Assembly: GCF_024223415.1 (NCBI RefSeq)
Contig: NZ_CP100500.1
Reading direction: 5' to 3' (one strand)
DNA from: Escherichia coli
GTDB lineage: Bacteria; Pseudomonadota; Gammaproteobacteria; Enterobacterales; Enterobacteriaceae
Length of the DNA: 64,000 nt
Below the pieces are notes generated by a model. The model saw nothing but the letters and a program-made list of their open reading frames with translations. It searched no databases and was not told the origin of the DNA. Shown here in pieces: positions 17,713-28,019 of this stretch (positions are counted from its first letter, which is position 1; the number at the start of each line of letters is the position of its first letter). The translations under genes were made by a program, and so were the position numbers.

Positions 17713-17913
17713 GTGATAATTATGAATAACCAGGAACTACAAAATAAAGCATTATCAATTATCATGCGCCAGCGTGAGAAAACCCGCAGGGAAATAAATA
17801 AGGCATTAACCCGTACTGAAAATCTTAAAGTTCCTGATAAGTTCGCCCTTGATCCTTTTGTCGAGAAATACCCTCGGCGCTTAAAAGCAAACAAAAACCG
17901 CCCACCTGGCTGA
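17713..17913 (+). CDS. Hypothetical small protein (66 aa)
   Basis: AGGTGA Shine-Dalgarno; basic helical sequence. Confidence 0.4.
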   Translation: MIIMNNQELQNKALSIIMRQREKTRREINKALTRTENLKVPDKFALDPFVEKYPRRLKANKNRPPG

Positions 17914-18051
17914 CAATCCACCAGCAAGCCACCACACTGGACACATTGCCCACCAGCCAGCAAATCGCTATGATGTTCGGGCTTATGTTTAGTGTTTTCC
18001 CATTGGCGACCGCCCCCGGTCGCCTTTGTTTTATGTGTCATATACTCCCCT

Positions 18052-18348
18052 TTACGCTGCCTTGCCTGAATTAATGCGATCCCGGCTTTTAACCCATTCC
18101 ATAACCTCGGACAGCAGCCAACCTACAGAACGCCCACCAAGATTACGGCGAGACGGAAAGCTCCCTTTTTTCTCCAGTTCGTAGCGTGTAGTGCGACACA
18201 CTCCAGTTAACTTACGACATTCATCCTCACGGATTACGCGATCTTCATTTATTTCACGCATACAAAAACCTACATAAAAATTACGTATATAAACTTTTCT
18301 CTTAGCTGTAGATATATGAGATCGGATATTACTTAGATTCTTTTTCAC
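18052..18348 (-). CDS. AlpA-family transcriptional regulator
   Basis: C-terminal TRYELEKKGSFPSRRNLGGRSVGWLLSEVMEWV matches the AlpA pattern; true start may be an internal Met. Confidence 0.7.
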   Translation of the reverse strand: MKKNLSNIRSHISTAKRKVYIRNFYVGFCMREINEDRVIREDECRKLTGVCRTTRYELEKKGSFPSRRNLGGRSVGWLLSEVMEWVKSRDRINSGKAA

Positions 18349-18680
18349 CTCTTAAATTAAAAACACAACCATGCTAAAGGCTTTGTTCGCTAAGGTTCGT
18401 AGAAGCTCGTTAGTGTTTAAAATCGTGTCACGAGTTTTTAAGCGACGCAACAAAAAATGTCGTCATTTGGCATGTCACCTGAATTACCTCATTAAAAACA
18501 AATAGATAAACCATCAGATGTTGGAACAATCAAGAAACAGAGAATAAGAACTCAGAAGAAGACATTTCAATTTTTTTCGATAGTTGACACATATAAAGAG
18601 AAGATATTTGCAGATATTCCCCGATATTCTAAGATCTATTCACGGCTGTAATCTCTTAAAGAAAAAACAGCCGTAATTTG

Positions 18681-19919
18681 TCAAGAATTTTGGGGGTAAA
18701 TTCGCGGGGTCATAACAACGATTTTTTCATCATTGTTCTGGAGAAGCTCGAGACGGTCTACCCATAGATTAAGAGCGTCACGCTTTGCATCGAGATAACG
18801 GGAGTGGTTATAGACGCGTTGCATTCCTGGCATCTGGTGGGCAGTAAGCTGTTCAACAATATGCGGATCCACGCCTAAATCGTTCAGCATGGTTGTAAAT
18901 GTGTGCCGGATGTCGTGCAACGACCAGGGGGCTTGATTAATGCGTCTGTGTGCCGTTCTTCCGTACTCTGCTACGGATGATTGCCCTTTCAGTTCTCCAA
19001 GCAATAAGCCCGTGTGCCTGTTCTGCTCCACCAGCTTCATGACGAACGGCAAGATCGCTTCCGGTATTGGCCTGAATATTGCTACCTTCGTTTTGCTGTG
19101 TTCTTTCGGCACAGTCCAGAGCATTTCTTTAAAATCCCATTCCCGAACCTCGGAGCGTCTTAGCTCAGTGGTACGGCATCCGAAGACAATCAGAAGGCGA
19201 ATTAAAGCGCTGTAGTACGGCGGGAAAATTTTTTCATCCAGTGCGCGGAGTAGCTCGCCAAGCTCCTTGTTTGTTAGCACTCGCTCGCTTATTTCTGCTT
19301 TTTTTCCCACATCACCTACGACCATATCATCAAGAACGTTACTGACGGCGTAGCGACGTTTACGGCAGTACTTAAGCGCCTGTTTGCATACCTGCAACAA
19401 AAAGCCGGCTGATACCGGATTACGCTTAGCAAGCTGGTCAAAACAGGCCAGCCAGTGGCGTAGCTCGCATTTATCCAGCGGCATAGCACCAATCTGGCTG
19501 ATTATGTGCTTATTGATACGGCTTTTCAGTGATTCGTGGTCAGTGCGCTTTTCCTTCGCATACGACTCAAGCCAGTAAGTGAGCGCGTCCTTAACCGTCA
19601 CGGGGGCTAACGCTTCCTGCACTGTGTGATTAAGCTCATGGCGTGGATTTTTCCCCTCCGCCAGCCAGGCGCGACACTGTGCCGCTTTTTCCCTGGCTGC
19701 TTTCAGGCTCAGATCGGGATAGTTGCCCAGTCTCAGGCGTTCCGGTGATACCTGCCTGCCAGTTCCGGCCCTGTAAGTGAAATACCAGGTTAACAGGCCG
19801 CTGGTGGAATGTCTTACGCTAAGATTGCCACCGTCATTAAAAAAGGCGTTTTTTGTGGTTGGTGATCCGCTTAATTTTCGTAAAAGAGTGTCGCTAAGTC
19901 TATGAATTGCGCTGCTCAT
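18681..19919 (-). CDS. int: Tyrosine integrase
   Basis: 412 aa; catalytic region LHDIRHTFTTMLNDLGVDPHIVEQLTAHQMPGMQRVYNHSRY. Confidence 0.9.
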   Translation of the reverse strand: MSSAIHRLSDTLLRKLSGSPTTKNAFFNDGGNLSVRHSTSGLLTWYFTYRAGTGRQVSPERLRLGNYPDLSLKAAREKAAQCRAWLAEGKNPRHELNHTVQEALAPVTVKDALTYWLESYAKEKRTDHESLKSRINKHIISQIGAMPLDKCELRHWLACFDQLAKRNPVSAGFLLQVCKQALKYCRKRRYAVSNVLDDMVVGDVGKKAEISERVLTNKELGELLRALDEKIFPPYYSALIRLLIVFGCRTTELRRSEVREWDFKEMLWTVPKEHSKTKVAIFRPIPEAILPFVMKLVEQNRHTGLLLGELKGQSSVAEYGRTAHRRINQAPWSLHDIRHTFTTMLNDLGVDPHIVEQLTAHQMPGMQRVYNHSRYLDAKRDALNLWVDRLELLQNNDEKIVVMTPRIYPQNS

Positions 19920-19945
19920 GTTTCGCGTTTCCGGTCATCAAAATT

Positions 19946-20078
19946 AACTACACCATTGACTACACCGTGCATCGTACAAGGGCAAACCGTGACGAACAAG
20001 AGCGAACAAGTAAAACAAAATTTTCCTTTATAATCATAGCGATGAATGCACACAAAACACTACCACGAACACCCGCGA
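19946..20078. repeat. Right-arm repeats: AACTACACC / GACTACACC followed by CGAACA motifs
   Basis: Same motifs and orientation as the left arm at 9706-9760; overlaps the int promoter region. Confidence 0.4.
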
Positions 20079-20086
20079 ACACTAGA

Positions 20087-20103
20087 TGATAAATAACTAT
20101 CAT
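20087..20103. other. Right att core candidate TGATAAATAACTATCAT
   Basis: Direct repeat of 9617-9633 with one mismatch. Confidence 0.4.
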
Positions 20104-20323
20104 CTATCGTTGGCATCAGCGACATCTGTCACATTCCTGTCAATAGCGTTAACTGCTTCAAATTTTTGATTCATACCTGCCCCCTGTCCCCTGTCAAATG
20201 CTTGACGGCTCGCCCTAATTCTCTAAATTGTATTTCTAGAGTTGGCGAGGTTTTGAACAGCCCCCTCTCTGACCCCGGTTTATTCCATCTTACTTGTATA
20301 AGATTTGCGAAGGATGTCGAAGC

Positions 20324-20548
20324 ATGGAAAAGGGTACTGTTAAGTGGTTCAACAATGCCAAAGGGTTTGGTTTCATCTGCCCTGAAGGCGGCGGCGAAGA
20401 TATTTTCGCTCATTATTCCACCATTCAGATGGATGGTTACAGAACGCTAAAAGCTGGACAATCCGTTCAGTTTGATGTCCACCAGGGGCCAAAAGGCAAT
20501 CACGCCAGTGTTATTGTGCCCGTCGAAGTAGAAGCGGCAGTCGCATAG
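20324..20548 (+). CDS. cspD: Cold-shock-like protein CspD
   Basis: MEKGTVKWFNNAKGFGFICPEGGGEDIFAHYSTIQMDGYRTLKAGQSVQFDVHQGPKGNHASVIVPV; start trimmed to the ATG with AAGGA Shine-Dalgarno. Confidence 0.95.
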   Translation: MEKGTVKWFNNAKGFGFICPEGGGEDIFAHYSTIQMDGYRTLKAGQSVQFDVHQGPKGNHASVIVPVEVEAAVA

Positions 20549-20581
20549 CTCTTCTGTCTCATTGTGTACATCCTAAAGGCA

Positions 20582-20611
20582 AAATGCCAGCCCGATCGGC
20601 TGGCATTTTTA
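20582..20611. terminator. Bidirectional terminator between cspD and macB
   Basis: AAAATGCCAGCC-CGAT-CGGCTGGCATTTT hairpin flanked by A and T runs. Confidence 0.6.
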
Positions 20612-20620
20612 TCTCAAAAA

Positions 20621-22567
20621 TTACTCTCGTGCCAGAGCATCTACTGGATCCAGTCGTGCCGCATTTCGTGCGGGTAACCAGCCAAATAAAATCCCGGTGA
20701 CCGTCGAGCAGAGAAACGCCAGCAGCAGTACCAACGGTGAAAAACCAATCTCCCAGCCGGGTAAGAAAAGCTGCAAGGTGAAAGCAATTAACAGTGACAG
20801 TGTTATTCCCAACGCGCCACCGACCAGGCAAACCAGTACGGCTTCGATCAGGAACTGTTGCAAAACATCGCTTGCTCGCGCACCTACAGCCATGCGAATG
20901 CCAATTTCCCGCGTCCGCTCGGTCACTGACACCAGCATAATATTCATTACACCAATACCGCCCACTACCAGCGAAATCACCGCCACCAGCGTCAGAAACA
21001 GTTGTAAAGTACGTGTGGTCTTTTCAACGGTTTTCAAGACGCCGTCCATGTTCCAGGTAAAGAAATCCTTCTTACCGTGGCGCAGTGAAAGTAAACGCGT
21101 GAGTTGCTGTTCCGCCTCGGCGCTGTCAAATCCTTCTTTCACCCTGACAGTAATGGAGTTCAGCCACGACTGGCCCATAACTCGCCCGGACATCGTGCTG
21201 TAAGGTAGCCAGACACGCAGCACTTTACTGCTACCAAACATCGACTGTTTTTCTTCCGCCACACCAATGACTCTGGCGGGCATATTGCCGACCAGAATCA
21301 CCTCGCCAACCACATCTGCTTTATGGGGGAAAAGCTGGCGGCGAGTATTACTGTCGAGAACCACGACCTGCGCACGACCGTTCAGCTGTTCCTGATTAAA
21401 GGTGTTTCCTTCACTGAAGGTCATGCCATAGACATTAAAATAATCGCCGCTCACGCCATTGGCACTGGCAGCAACATCAACATTGTTGTAACGCAGGCGC
21501 AGGTTTTGCGAGACGGCAGGTGTGGCTGAAGCGACCCACGGTTGTTTTTGGATGGCGATTAAGTCATCGTACTTCAGCGCCTGCTGATATTGCGGATCGT
21601 CATCGCCAAAATCTTTCCCGGGATAGACATCAATAGTATTCGTACCAATAGAACGAATATCCGCCAACACCATTTGTTTGGCGGCGTCGCCCACCACGAC
21701 AATGGAAACCACCGACGCAATACCGATTATAATCCCCAGCATGGTCAGTAAAGTACGCATTTTATTCGCTGCCAGCGCCCGCCATGCCATCGTCAGCGCC
21801 TCGTTAAAACCGCTGACAAACTGCCGCCAGCCAGACACCGTGTTGACAACAGGTTCCGTCCCGCCAGCAACATTCACTTTTTCAATGGCGGGAGGATTGC
21901 GCACAATTTCGCCGTCGCGAATTTCGATCACCCGCTCGGCCTGAGCAGCGACCTGCGGATCGTGGGTGACGATAATCACCGTATGTCCGCGATCGCGCAG
22001 CTGATGCAGGATCGCCATCACCTCTTCGCCAGAATGGCTGTCCAGTGCGCCGGTTGGTTCATCGGCAAGAATTACCTGACCGCCGTTCATCAATGCCCGC
22101 GCGATGCTGACGCGCTGTTGCTGACCGCCCGAAAGCTGTGCCGGATAATACTCTGTACGGTCTTCCAGCCCCAGCCGTTGCAGCAACTCCTGGGCGCGAA
22201 GCAGCCGCTGTTTCCGCTCAAGACCGGCATAGACGGCGGGTACTTCAACGTTCTGCTCGGCGGTTAAATGCGAAAGCAAATGGTAACGCTGGAAAATAAA
22301 GCCGAAATGCTCGCGGCGCAGTTGCGCCAGCGCATCGGCGTCCAGCGTGGCAACATCCTGACCGGCGACGCGATAGGTGCCGCTGGTGGCCTTATCCAGA
22401 CAGCCGAGAATATTCATCAGGGTCGATTTACCGGAACCCGAAGCGCCAACAATCGCCACCATCTCACCAGCATAAATATCGAGGGTGATGCCCTTCAGCA
22501 CCTCAACCTGCTCATCACCGGCAGGATAGCTGCGACGAATATCCTTTAATTCGAGCAAAGGCGTCAT
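20621..22567 (-). CDS. macB: Macrolide export ABC transporter ATP-binding/permease MacB
   Basis: 648 aa; ABC ATPase motifs ([18 protein letters not shown]) plus a C-terminal FtsX-like permease. Confidence 0.95.
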   Translation of the reverse strand: MTPLLELKDIRRSYPAGDEQVEVLKGITLDIYAGEMVAIVGASGSGKSTLMNILGCLDKATSGTYRVAGQDVATLDADALAQLRREHFGFIFQRYHLLSHLTAEQNVEVPAVYAGLERKQRLLRAQELLQRLGLEDRTEYYPAQLSGGQQQRVSIARALMNGGQVILADEPTGALDSHSGEEVMAILHQLRDRGHTVIIVTHDPQVAAQAERVIEIRDGEIVRNPPAIEKVNVAGGTEPVVNTVSGWRQFVSGFNEALTMAWRALAANKMRTLLTMLGIIIGIASVVSIVVVGDAAKQMVLADIRSIGTNTIDVYPGKDFGDDDPQYQQALKYDDLIAIQKQPWVASATPAVSQNLRLRYNNVDVAASANGVSGDYFNVYGMTFSEGNTFNQEQLNGRAQVVVLDSNTRRQLFPHKADVVGEVILVGNMPARVIGVAEEKQSMFGSSKVLRVWLPYSTMSGRVMGQSWLNSITVRVKEGFDSAEAEQQLTRLLSLRHGKKDFFTWNMDGVLKTVEKTTRTLQLFLTLVAVISLVVGGIGVMNIMLVSVTERTREIGIRMAVGARASDVLQQFLIEAVLVCLVGGALGITLSLLIAFTLQLFLPGWEIGFSPLVLLLAFLCSTVTGILFGWLPARNAARLDPVDALARE

Positions 22568-23679
22568 TGTGCAGCTCCTGGTTTGGCCTCACCAATCACC
22601 ACTTCATCGCCCGCTTCCAGCCCTTTGACAATCTCAACATCGGTATCGTTACGTGCGCCAATCGTCACTTCACGCTCACGTGTTTCACCATTACGCAACA
22701 ATTTGACTTTATAACGATTATCGCCAACCGGATCGCCTAACGCCGACAGAGGGATCGTCAGCACATTTTTCACATCGGTGAGCTGAATATGCACTTGCGC
22801 AGTCATATCCAGCCGCAGCAAACCATTGGGGTTGGGGACTTCAAAACGGGCGTAATAGAAAATAGCGTCGTTAACCTTTTCCGGCGTCGGTAGTACATCC
22901 TTGATTTGCCCCTCGTAGCGCGTCAGTGGATCGCCAAGTACCGTAAACCAGGCTTTTTGCCCCGGCTTCAGGTGGATTACATCCGCTTCAGAAACCTGCG
23001 CTTTTACCAGCATGGTGCTCATATCTGCCAGCGTCAGAATGTTCGGTGCTTGTTGTGCGGCAATCACCGTCTGGCCTTGCAGAGTGGTGATTTGCGTGAC
23101 TTCCCCGGCCATCGGGGCAACGATGCGAGTGTAATCGAGATTGGTTTTAGCCGTATCGAGAGAAGCCTGATTGCGCTTGATTTGCGCGTCAATGGTGCCA
23201 ATTTGCGCCTGTTTCACAGCCATCTCCGTCGCGGCGGTGTCGAGATCCTGCTGTGAAACCGCCTGCGTTTGTGCCAGACGTTGCTGACGGGAATACGTCA
23301 CCCGCGCCAGTTTCAGCTCCGCTTCCGCCTGCTGCCGCTGCGCGCGTAGCTCCATCAGCGTTGCTTCGACCTCCTTGATCTGGTTTTCAGCCTGTTCAGG
23401 ATCAATGGCCCCTAAAAGCTGGTCTTTTTTTACTTTATCGCCAATCGCCACCGACAGCGTTTTCAACTGACCGCTGACCTGCGCGCCCACATCAACCTTA
23501 CGCAGCGCGTCCAGCTTTCCGGTCGCCAGCACGCTTTGCTGTAAATCACCGGGGCGCACAATCAGTGTCTGATAAGTCGGCACGGGTGCGTTAAGAATTC
23601 TCCATAACGTAATCAGTCCGGCGATGACTATCACCAGCGCAATAACGTAACGCTTCTTCACGGTTTTCCGCTTTTTCAT
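22564..23679 (-). CDS. macA: Macrolide efflux membrane fusion protein MacA
   Basis: Start trimmed to [18 protein letters not shown] (371 aa); overlaps the macB start. Confidence 0.9.
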   Translation of the reverse strand: MKKRKTVKKRYVIALVIVIAGLITLWRILNAPVPTYQTLIVRPGDLQQSVLATGKLDALRKVDVGAQVSGQLKTLSVAIGDKVKKDQLLGAIDPEQAENQIKEVEATLMELRAQRQQAEAELKLARVTYSRQQRLAQTQAVSQQDLDTAATEMAVKQAQIGTIDAQIKRNQASLDTAKTNLDYTRIVAPMAGEVTQITTLQGQTVIAAQQAPNILTLADMSTMLVKAQVSEADVIHLKPGQKAWFTVLGDPLTRYEGQIKDVLPTPEKVNDAIFYYARFEVPNPNGLLRLDMTAQVHIQLTDVKNVLTIPLSALGDPVGDNRYKVKLLRNGETREREVTIGARNDTDVEIVKGLEAGDEVVIGEAKPGAAQ

Positions 23680-23793
23680 AAATATTCTGAATACTCCATA
23701 TGCCAATCCGGGTCATTAACTTCAACGAAATATCAACAAAACCCTAAAATTTACGTTAGTAATCACACTATTGATGTTTGGTTAAGATACGCA

Positions 23794-24786
23794 ATGGTGA
23801 AATCGACGTCATGTACAACCATTGATTTCATGAATATGTCGCAGCTAACTGAACGGACCTTTACGCCATCTGAATCTCTCAGCAGCCTGTCACTTTTTCT
23901 TAGTCTGGCACGTGGACAGTGTCGGCCGGGTAAATTCTGGCATCGCCGTAGTTTTCGCCAGAAATTTTTGCTGCGCTCGTTGATTATGCCGCGTTTAAGC
24001 GTTGAGTGGATGAACGAACTTTCCCACTGGCCTAATCTCAATGTGTTGTTAACGCGCCAGCCGCGACTGCCTGTACGTCTGCATCGCCCTTACCTTGCGG
24101 CGAATCTTAGCCGTAAGCAATTGCTGGAGGCGTTACGTTACCATTATGCGTTACTCCGCGGGTGTATGTCGGCGGAAGAATTCAGCTTATATTTGAATAC
24201 CCCCGGGCTGCAACTGGCGAAGCTGGAAGGCAAAAACGGCGAGCAGTTCACGCTTGAGCTGACCATGATGATCTCAATGGATAAAGAAGGTGACAGCACA
24301 ATCCTGTTCCGCAACAGCGAAGGTATTCCTCTGGCAGAAATCACGTTTACCCTGTGTGAATATCAGGGGAAAAGAACGATGTTTATTGGAGGACTGCAAG
24401 GCGCAAAATGGGAAATTCCACATCAGGAAATCCAGAATGCGACGAAAGCCTGCCACGGGCTATTTCCCAAACGCCTCGTGATGGAAGCGGCCTGTCTGTT
24501 TGCCCAACGTTTGCAGGTAGAGCAGATTATTGCCGTCAGCAATGAAACGCATATTTACCGCAGCCTGCGTTATCGCGATAAAGAAGGCAAGATCCATGCC
24601 GATTACAACGCTTTCTGGGAATCGGTTGGCGGCGTATGTGATGCTGAACGCCATTACCGCCTTCCAGCACAGATAGCACGAAAAGAGATTGCCGAAATCG
24701 CCAGTAAAAAACGGGCTGAATACCGTCGGCGCTATGAGATGCTCGACGCTATTCAGCCACAAATGGCCACGATGTTTCGCGGTTAA
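23794..24786 (+). CDS. ybjX: YbjX (VirK/DUF535 family) protein
   Basis: 330-aa ORF at the K-12 ybjX position; true start may be an internal Met. Confidence 0.75.
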   Translation: MVKSTSCTTIDFMNMSQLTERTFTPSESLSSLSLFLSLARGQCRPGKFWHRRSFRQKFLLRSLIMPRLSVEWMNELSHWPNLNVLLTRQPRLPVRLHRPYLAANLSRKQLLEALRYHYALLRGCMSAEEFSLYLNTPGLQLAKLEGKNGEQFTLELTMMISMDKEGDSTILFRNSEGIPLAEITFTLCEYQGKRTMFIGGLQGAKWEIPHQEIQNATKACHGLFPKRLVMEAACLFAQRLQVEQIIAVSNETHIYRSLRYRDKEGKIHADYNAFWESVGGVCDAERHYRLPAQIARKEIAEIASKKRAEYRRRYEMLDAIQPQMATMFRG

Positions 24787-26441
24787 TCCGCGCGACCGCG
24801 CGCCAGCCACAGCACGCGTGAGAACATTTTTTTCAGCAGCGTCGGTACGGAGTCCACACCACGACGTCCGGCCTCCATTGCCACTTCAATGGCAAGATCG
24901 GGTTTGGAAGAGCGATGGATCGCTTTCGAGATAATTTTGCGCAGATTCATCGGGACATTTTCCGGGATTTGCGCCACGCGGTGGAACACATCGGAAAATC
25001 CCTGGCGATACATAAAATGTTCCATATCCAGCGCCGGTAACGCCGTTAAATGTTCTCGTTCGGCTTCCCGATCATTATTCAACAGGCTGCGTACCGTAGC
25101 GGCATATTTCTTCCCTGCTTCATCGCCATCGACCAGTACATGCCATTCAATCCCCATTCGGCGGGCAAATTTAACCAGTGGCTTTAGCCCGGACTGGGCA
25201 AACTCAATGACCTTGATCCCTTCGGCATCAAAATGATGTCCGCACTGACGCGCCAGTTCATTGATAACCCAGGTTTCCGTTTCCCCTTCCACCAGCAACC
25301 AGCAGCGAGCAAACAGCGATGACGGACGATTAAAACGAATGTGAAAAGAGATGCGGCGGCTGTCTTCGGTGCTCAAGCCACTTGGCCCCAGACGCCAGGC
25401 GGCAACACGAGAAGATTCACGCACCAGGCGGCAAACATGTTCCACTGGAGTTAACGAAAGCAGCTCGCCAGAGTTGGTGGTAGCAATACGTTGTAAAGGC
25501 AAAAGATTCAACAGATGCCAGGCAACTGAAAGCATAATGGGGTGTAAACGCGTTTCTGGATCTTCGATCAGCAACAATGGACGGGCGTCTTTATCCAGTC
25601 GCAATGTGCCTTTTGCCTGCAATAAAGTAGCAAACAGGCCGAGCAAAATAACCCGATACGAGCGCCCTCCAGGTCGGTCAATCATCCGGTTGATGATGTC
25701 CAGATAGCGCCAGCTTCGTTGCTCATTGCTGGCCCGCCGCCGCATTAAACGATATCGCGCCTGTCCAGCCCCCTGCTCAGAGAAATAATGCTCAAGCAAC
25801 TGCACCATTGCGGAAAGTCCCTGACGAATCTGTCCATCAGAGAGATTTTGCGGATGTGAGGACAACTCACGGGCGAGGAAATCGAGCTGGCGCGCGGTGA
25901 CTTCCACATTGGGGACATTTGGCACCGTGCCGTTACGAATACGGCGCATAAAACGGGCATCACGCAAGCGCAGCACCGGCATTAAACGCACCAGATGGCG
26001 TGCCTGATCGTTAATATCCTCAACATCAATCGGATGTCCGTCTTTATCGAGAAAACTGCGCAGTGTCATCACGCTGCCGTCTTCCGCACTCTCCCCTTCC
26101 AGACGATAAAAAATACGGTGATAGCCATCGGTGCATGGCGTCCAGCACGCTTCCAGCGGCCGATAACGGCGAACCCGATGTCGGCCTGGCAGCGATTCGC
26201 GGAAGGTCAAAATAATATGCAGATGATGTTCTCGCCCGTTGATATCTCCCGGCGGGAACCAGAAATCGTCGCGCTCAAAATGGTAGAGATCTGATTCTGG
26301 CGATAGCAGCAGGGTTAAGGCGTCCAACAAGCTGGATTTACCCCACGCGTTCTCCCCAATCAGGACGTTGTTTTGTTCCAGCATCAACGACAAACGGTTG
26401 ATACCGCGAAAACCCACAATTTCAACGCGCTCAAGAATCAT
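24783..26441 (-). CDS. ybjD: OLD-family ATP-dependent endonuclease YbjD
   Basis: 552 aa; N-terminal MILERVEIVGFRGINRLSLMLEQNNVLIGENAWGKSSLLDAL ATPase motif. Confidence 0.85.
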   Translation of the reverse strand: MILERVEIVGFRGINRLSLMLEQNNVLIGENAWGKSSLLDALTLLLSPESDLYHFERDDFWFPPGDINGREHHLHIILTFRESLPGRHRVRRYRPLEACWTPCTDGYHRIFYRLEGESAEDGSVMTLRSFLDKDGHPIDVEDINDQARHLVRLMPVLRLRDARFMRRIRNGTVPNVPNVEVTARQLDFLARELSSHPQNLSDGQIRQGLSAMVQLLEHYFSEQGAGQARYRLMRRRASNEQRSWRYLDIINRMIDRPGGRSYRVILLGLFATLLQAKGTLRLDKDARPLLLIEDPETRLHPIMLSVAWHLLNLLPLQRIATTNSGELLSLTPVEHVCRLVRESSRVAAWRLGPSGLSTEDSRRISFHIRFNRPSSLFARCWLLVEGETETWVINELARQCGHHFDAEGIKVIEFAQSGLKPLVKFARRMGIEWHVLVDGDEAGKKYAATVRSLLNNDREAEREHLTALPALDMEHFMYRQGFSDVFHRVAQIPENVPMNLRKIISKAIHRSSKPDLAIEVAMEAGRRGVDSVPTLLKKMFSRVLWLARGRAD

Positions 26442-26866
26442 ATCCCCTCCAGAAATATGTGACTTATCCTTTACGCTGGCAGTATAACGGGAAAGGCCTT
26501 GCTAATACGTGATGACATCACATTTAAGCATGGCAAATGTCTGAAAAATGAGCGAATAATCGCGTTATACTCCCTCTTGCTGATAAGTCTGCAAAAACAA
26601 CAAAATCAAATAATTAGCATGATAAATTATTTTTTATTACGCCTAAAGGATTAAATCTTTTGCTTGCACTACACTGTCAATCAGACAAATGACTATATGG
26701 GGCAACCCGCTGTTGCCCTAAATCAAATTTACTGGATTTATTTATCTGGTGAATGACTCGCCTTCGTTTTTAAAATAGCCGCGCATTATTTCCGTCGTCA
26801 CTTTTTTACGACGACCCTATAAAACGACCATATTTTTCACAGGGTCAATTTTTAATTGAGGTGGAT

Positions 26867-27562
26867 ATGTTCAGAAAATTAGCAGCTGAATGTTTTGGTA
26901 CTTTCTGGCTTGTTTTTGGTGGCTGTGGTAGTGCTGTACTGGCCGCAGGCTTCCCGGAATTAGGCATTGGTTTTGCCGGCGTGGCGCTGGCATTCGGTTT
27001 GACCGTTCTGACGATGGCCTTTGCTGTTGGTCATATTTCTGGTGGTCATTTTAACCCGGCGGTCACTATTGGTTTATGGGCTGGCGGACGTTTTCCGGCA
27101 AAAGAAGTCGTTGGCTACGTAATTGCCCAGGTTGTCGGCGGTATTGTTGCAGCGGCGCTGCTGTATTTAATTGCCAGTGGTAAAACGGGTTTTGACGCGG
27201 CAGCCAGCGGTTTTGCTTCTAACGGTTATGGCGAGCATTCACCAGGCGGTTATTCCATGCTTTCCGCGCTGGTAGTTGAACTGGTATTGAGTGCAGGTTT
27301 CCTGTTGGTGATCCACGGCGCAACCGACAAATTCGCTCCGGCAGGTTTTGCGCCGATCGCTATTGGTCTGGCCTTAACCCTGATTCACTTAATCAGTATT
27401 CCGGTGACTAACACTTCTGTTAACCCGGCGCGCAGCACCGCGGTTGCCATCTTCCAGGGCGGCTGGGCATTAGAACAACTGTGGTTCTTCTGGGTGGTGC
27501 CAATTGTCGGCGGCATTATCGGTGGTCTGATTTACCGGACCCTGCTGGAAAAACGTAATTAA
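26867..27562 (+). CDS. aqpZ: Aquaporin Z
   Basis: [22 protein letters not shown] with both NPA motifs (HFNPAV, VNPAR). Confidence 0.95.
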   Translation: MFRKLAAECFGTFWLVFGGCGSAVLAAGFPELGIGFAGVALAFGLTVLTMAFAVGHISGGHFNPAVTIGLWAGGRFPAKEVVGYVIAQVVGGIVAAALLYLIASGKTGFDAAASGFASNGYGEHSPGGYSMLSALVVELVLSAGFLLVIHGATDKFAPAGFAPIAIGLALTLIHLISIPVTNTSVNPARSTAVAIFQGGWALEQLWFFWVVPIVGGIIGGLIYRTLLEKRN

Positions 27563-28019
27563 TTAGCATTGGCATTTTATCTGCCCTGGTTGTTTTATCT
27601 TCGACGTTACAAACCGCACGGGTGTTGGTGGCGTCAAAATCGCTGAAGCGTTCCCCGAAGGCCGGGGCAGCCCACATGGATGTGGGCTGAGGGCGCGTCT
27701 TACAGGACGTTACCTCGCGCCCGACCCGGTAGCAGAAGGGGATAAGCTGAAGGTACCGCGCAGCGGCGATTTTTTTCGCCAGAGCCCGGGGGGGCAGGGG
27801 GCGGCGGCGACTGGCCGCCCCCTGCGCGCTCCCTGCGCCAGTGGCTTTATATGGCATTGCACATGAAAGGAGCGCAACAATGCTAAACACTCATATAGAA
27901 TTAAAAATCCCCCTCTGATGCATAACATTTCCTTTTAATTGCAACTTTACTCGTCCTTCCGCTTTCAGTAGTGTGACATCGCGCATTTCGACTTCTTTCT
28001 TTGCAAGGGCTGGGTTTTC

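Larger units (their letters stand above)
9617..20103 (-). mobile_element. cos-type phage satellite (PICI-like integrative element) inserted between clpS and cspD
   Basis: About 10.5 kb bounded by imperfect 17-bp direct repeats; gene content int, alpA, accessory genes, primase/helicase, iterons, SSB, PerC, FinO/ProQ, lambda-like cos, Nu1-like terminase small subunit. Confidence 0.75.

Noticed and set aside
16053-18041. 662-aa minus-strand ORF from the track, taken as one protein
   Set aside because: Its translation is Arg/Ser/Cys/Trp-rich and not protein-like except for the C-terminal 95-147 residues, and the opposite strand has five small ORFs with good ribosome-binding sites. Kept only as a short C-terminal CDS and flagged as an anomaly.
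27516-27928. Minus-strand ORFs (124 aa and 72 aa) in the aqpZ-ybjE intergenic region
   Set aside because: They overlap a GC-rich repeat and hairpin region, have Arg/Ala/Pro-rich low-complexity translations and no ribosome-binding site.
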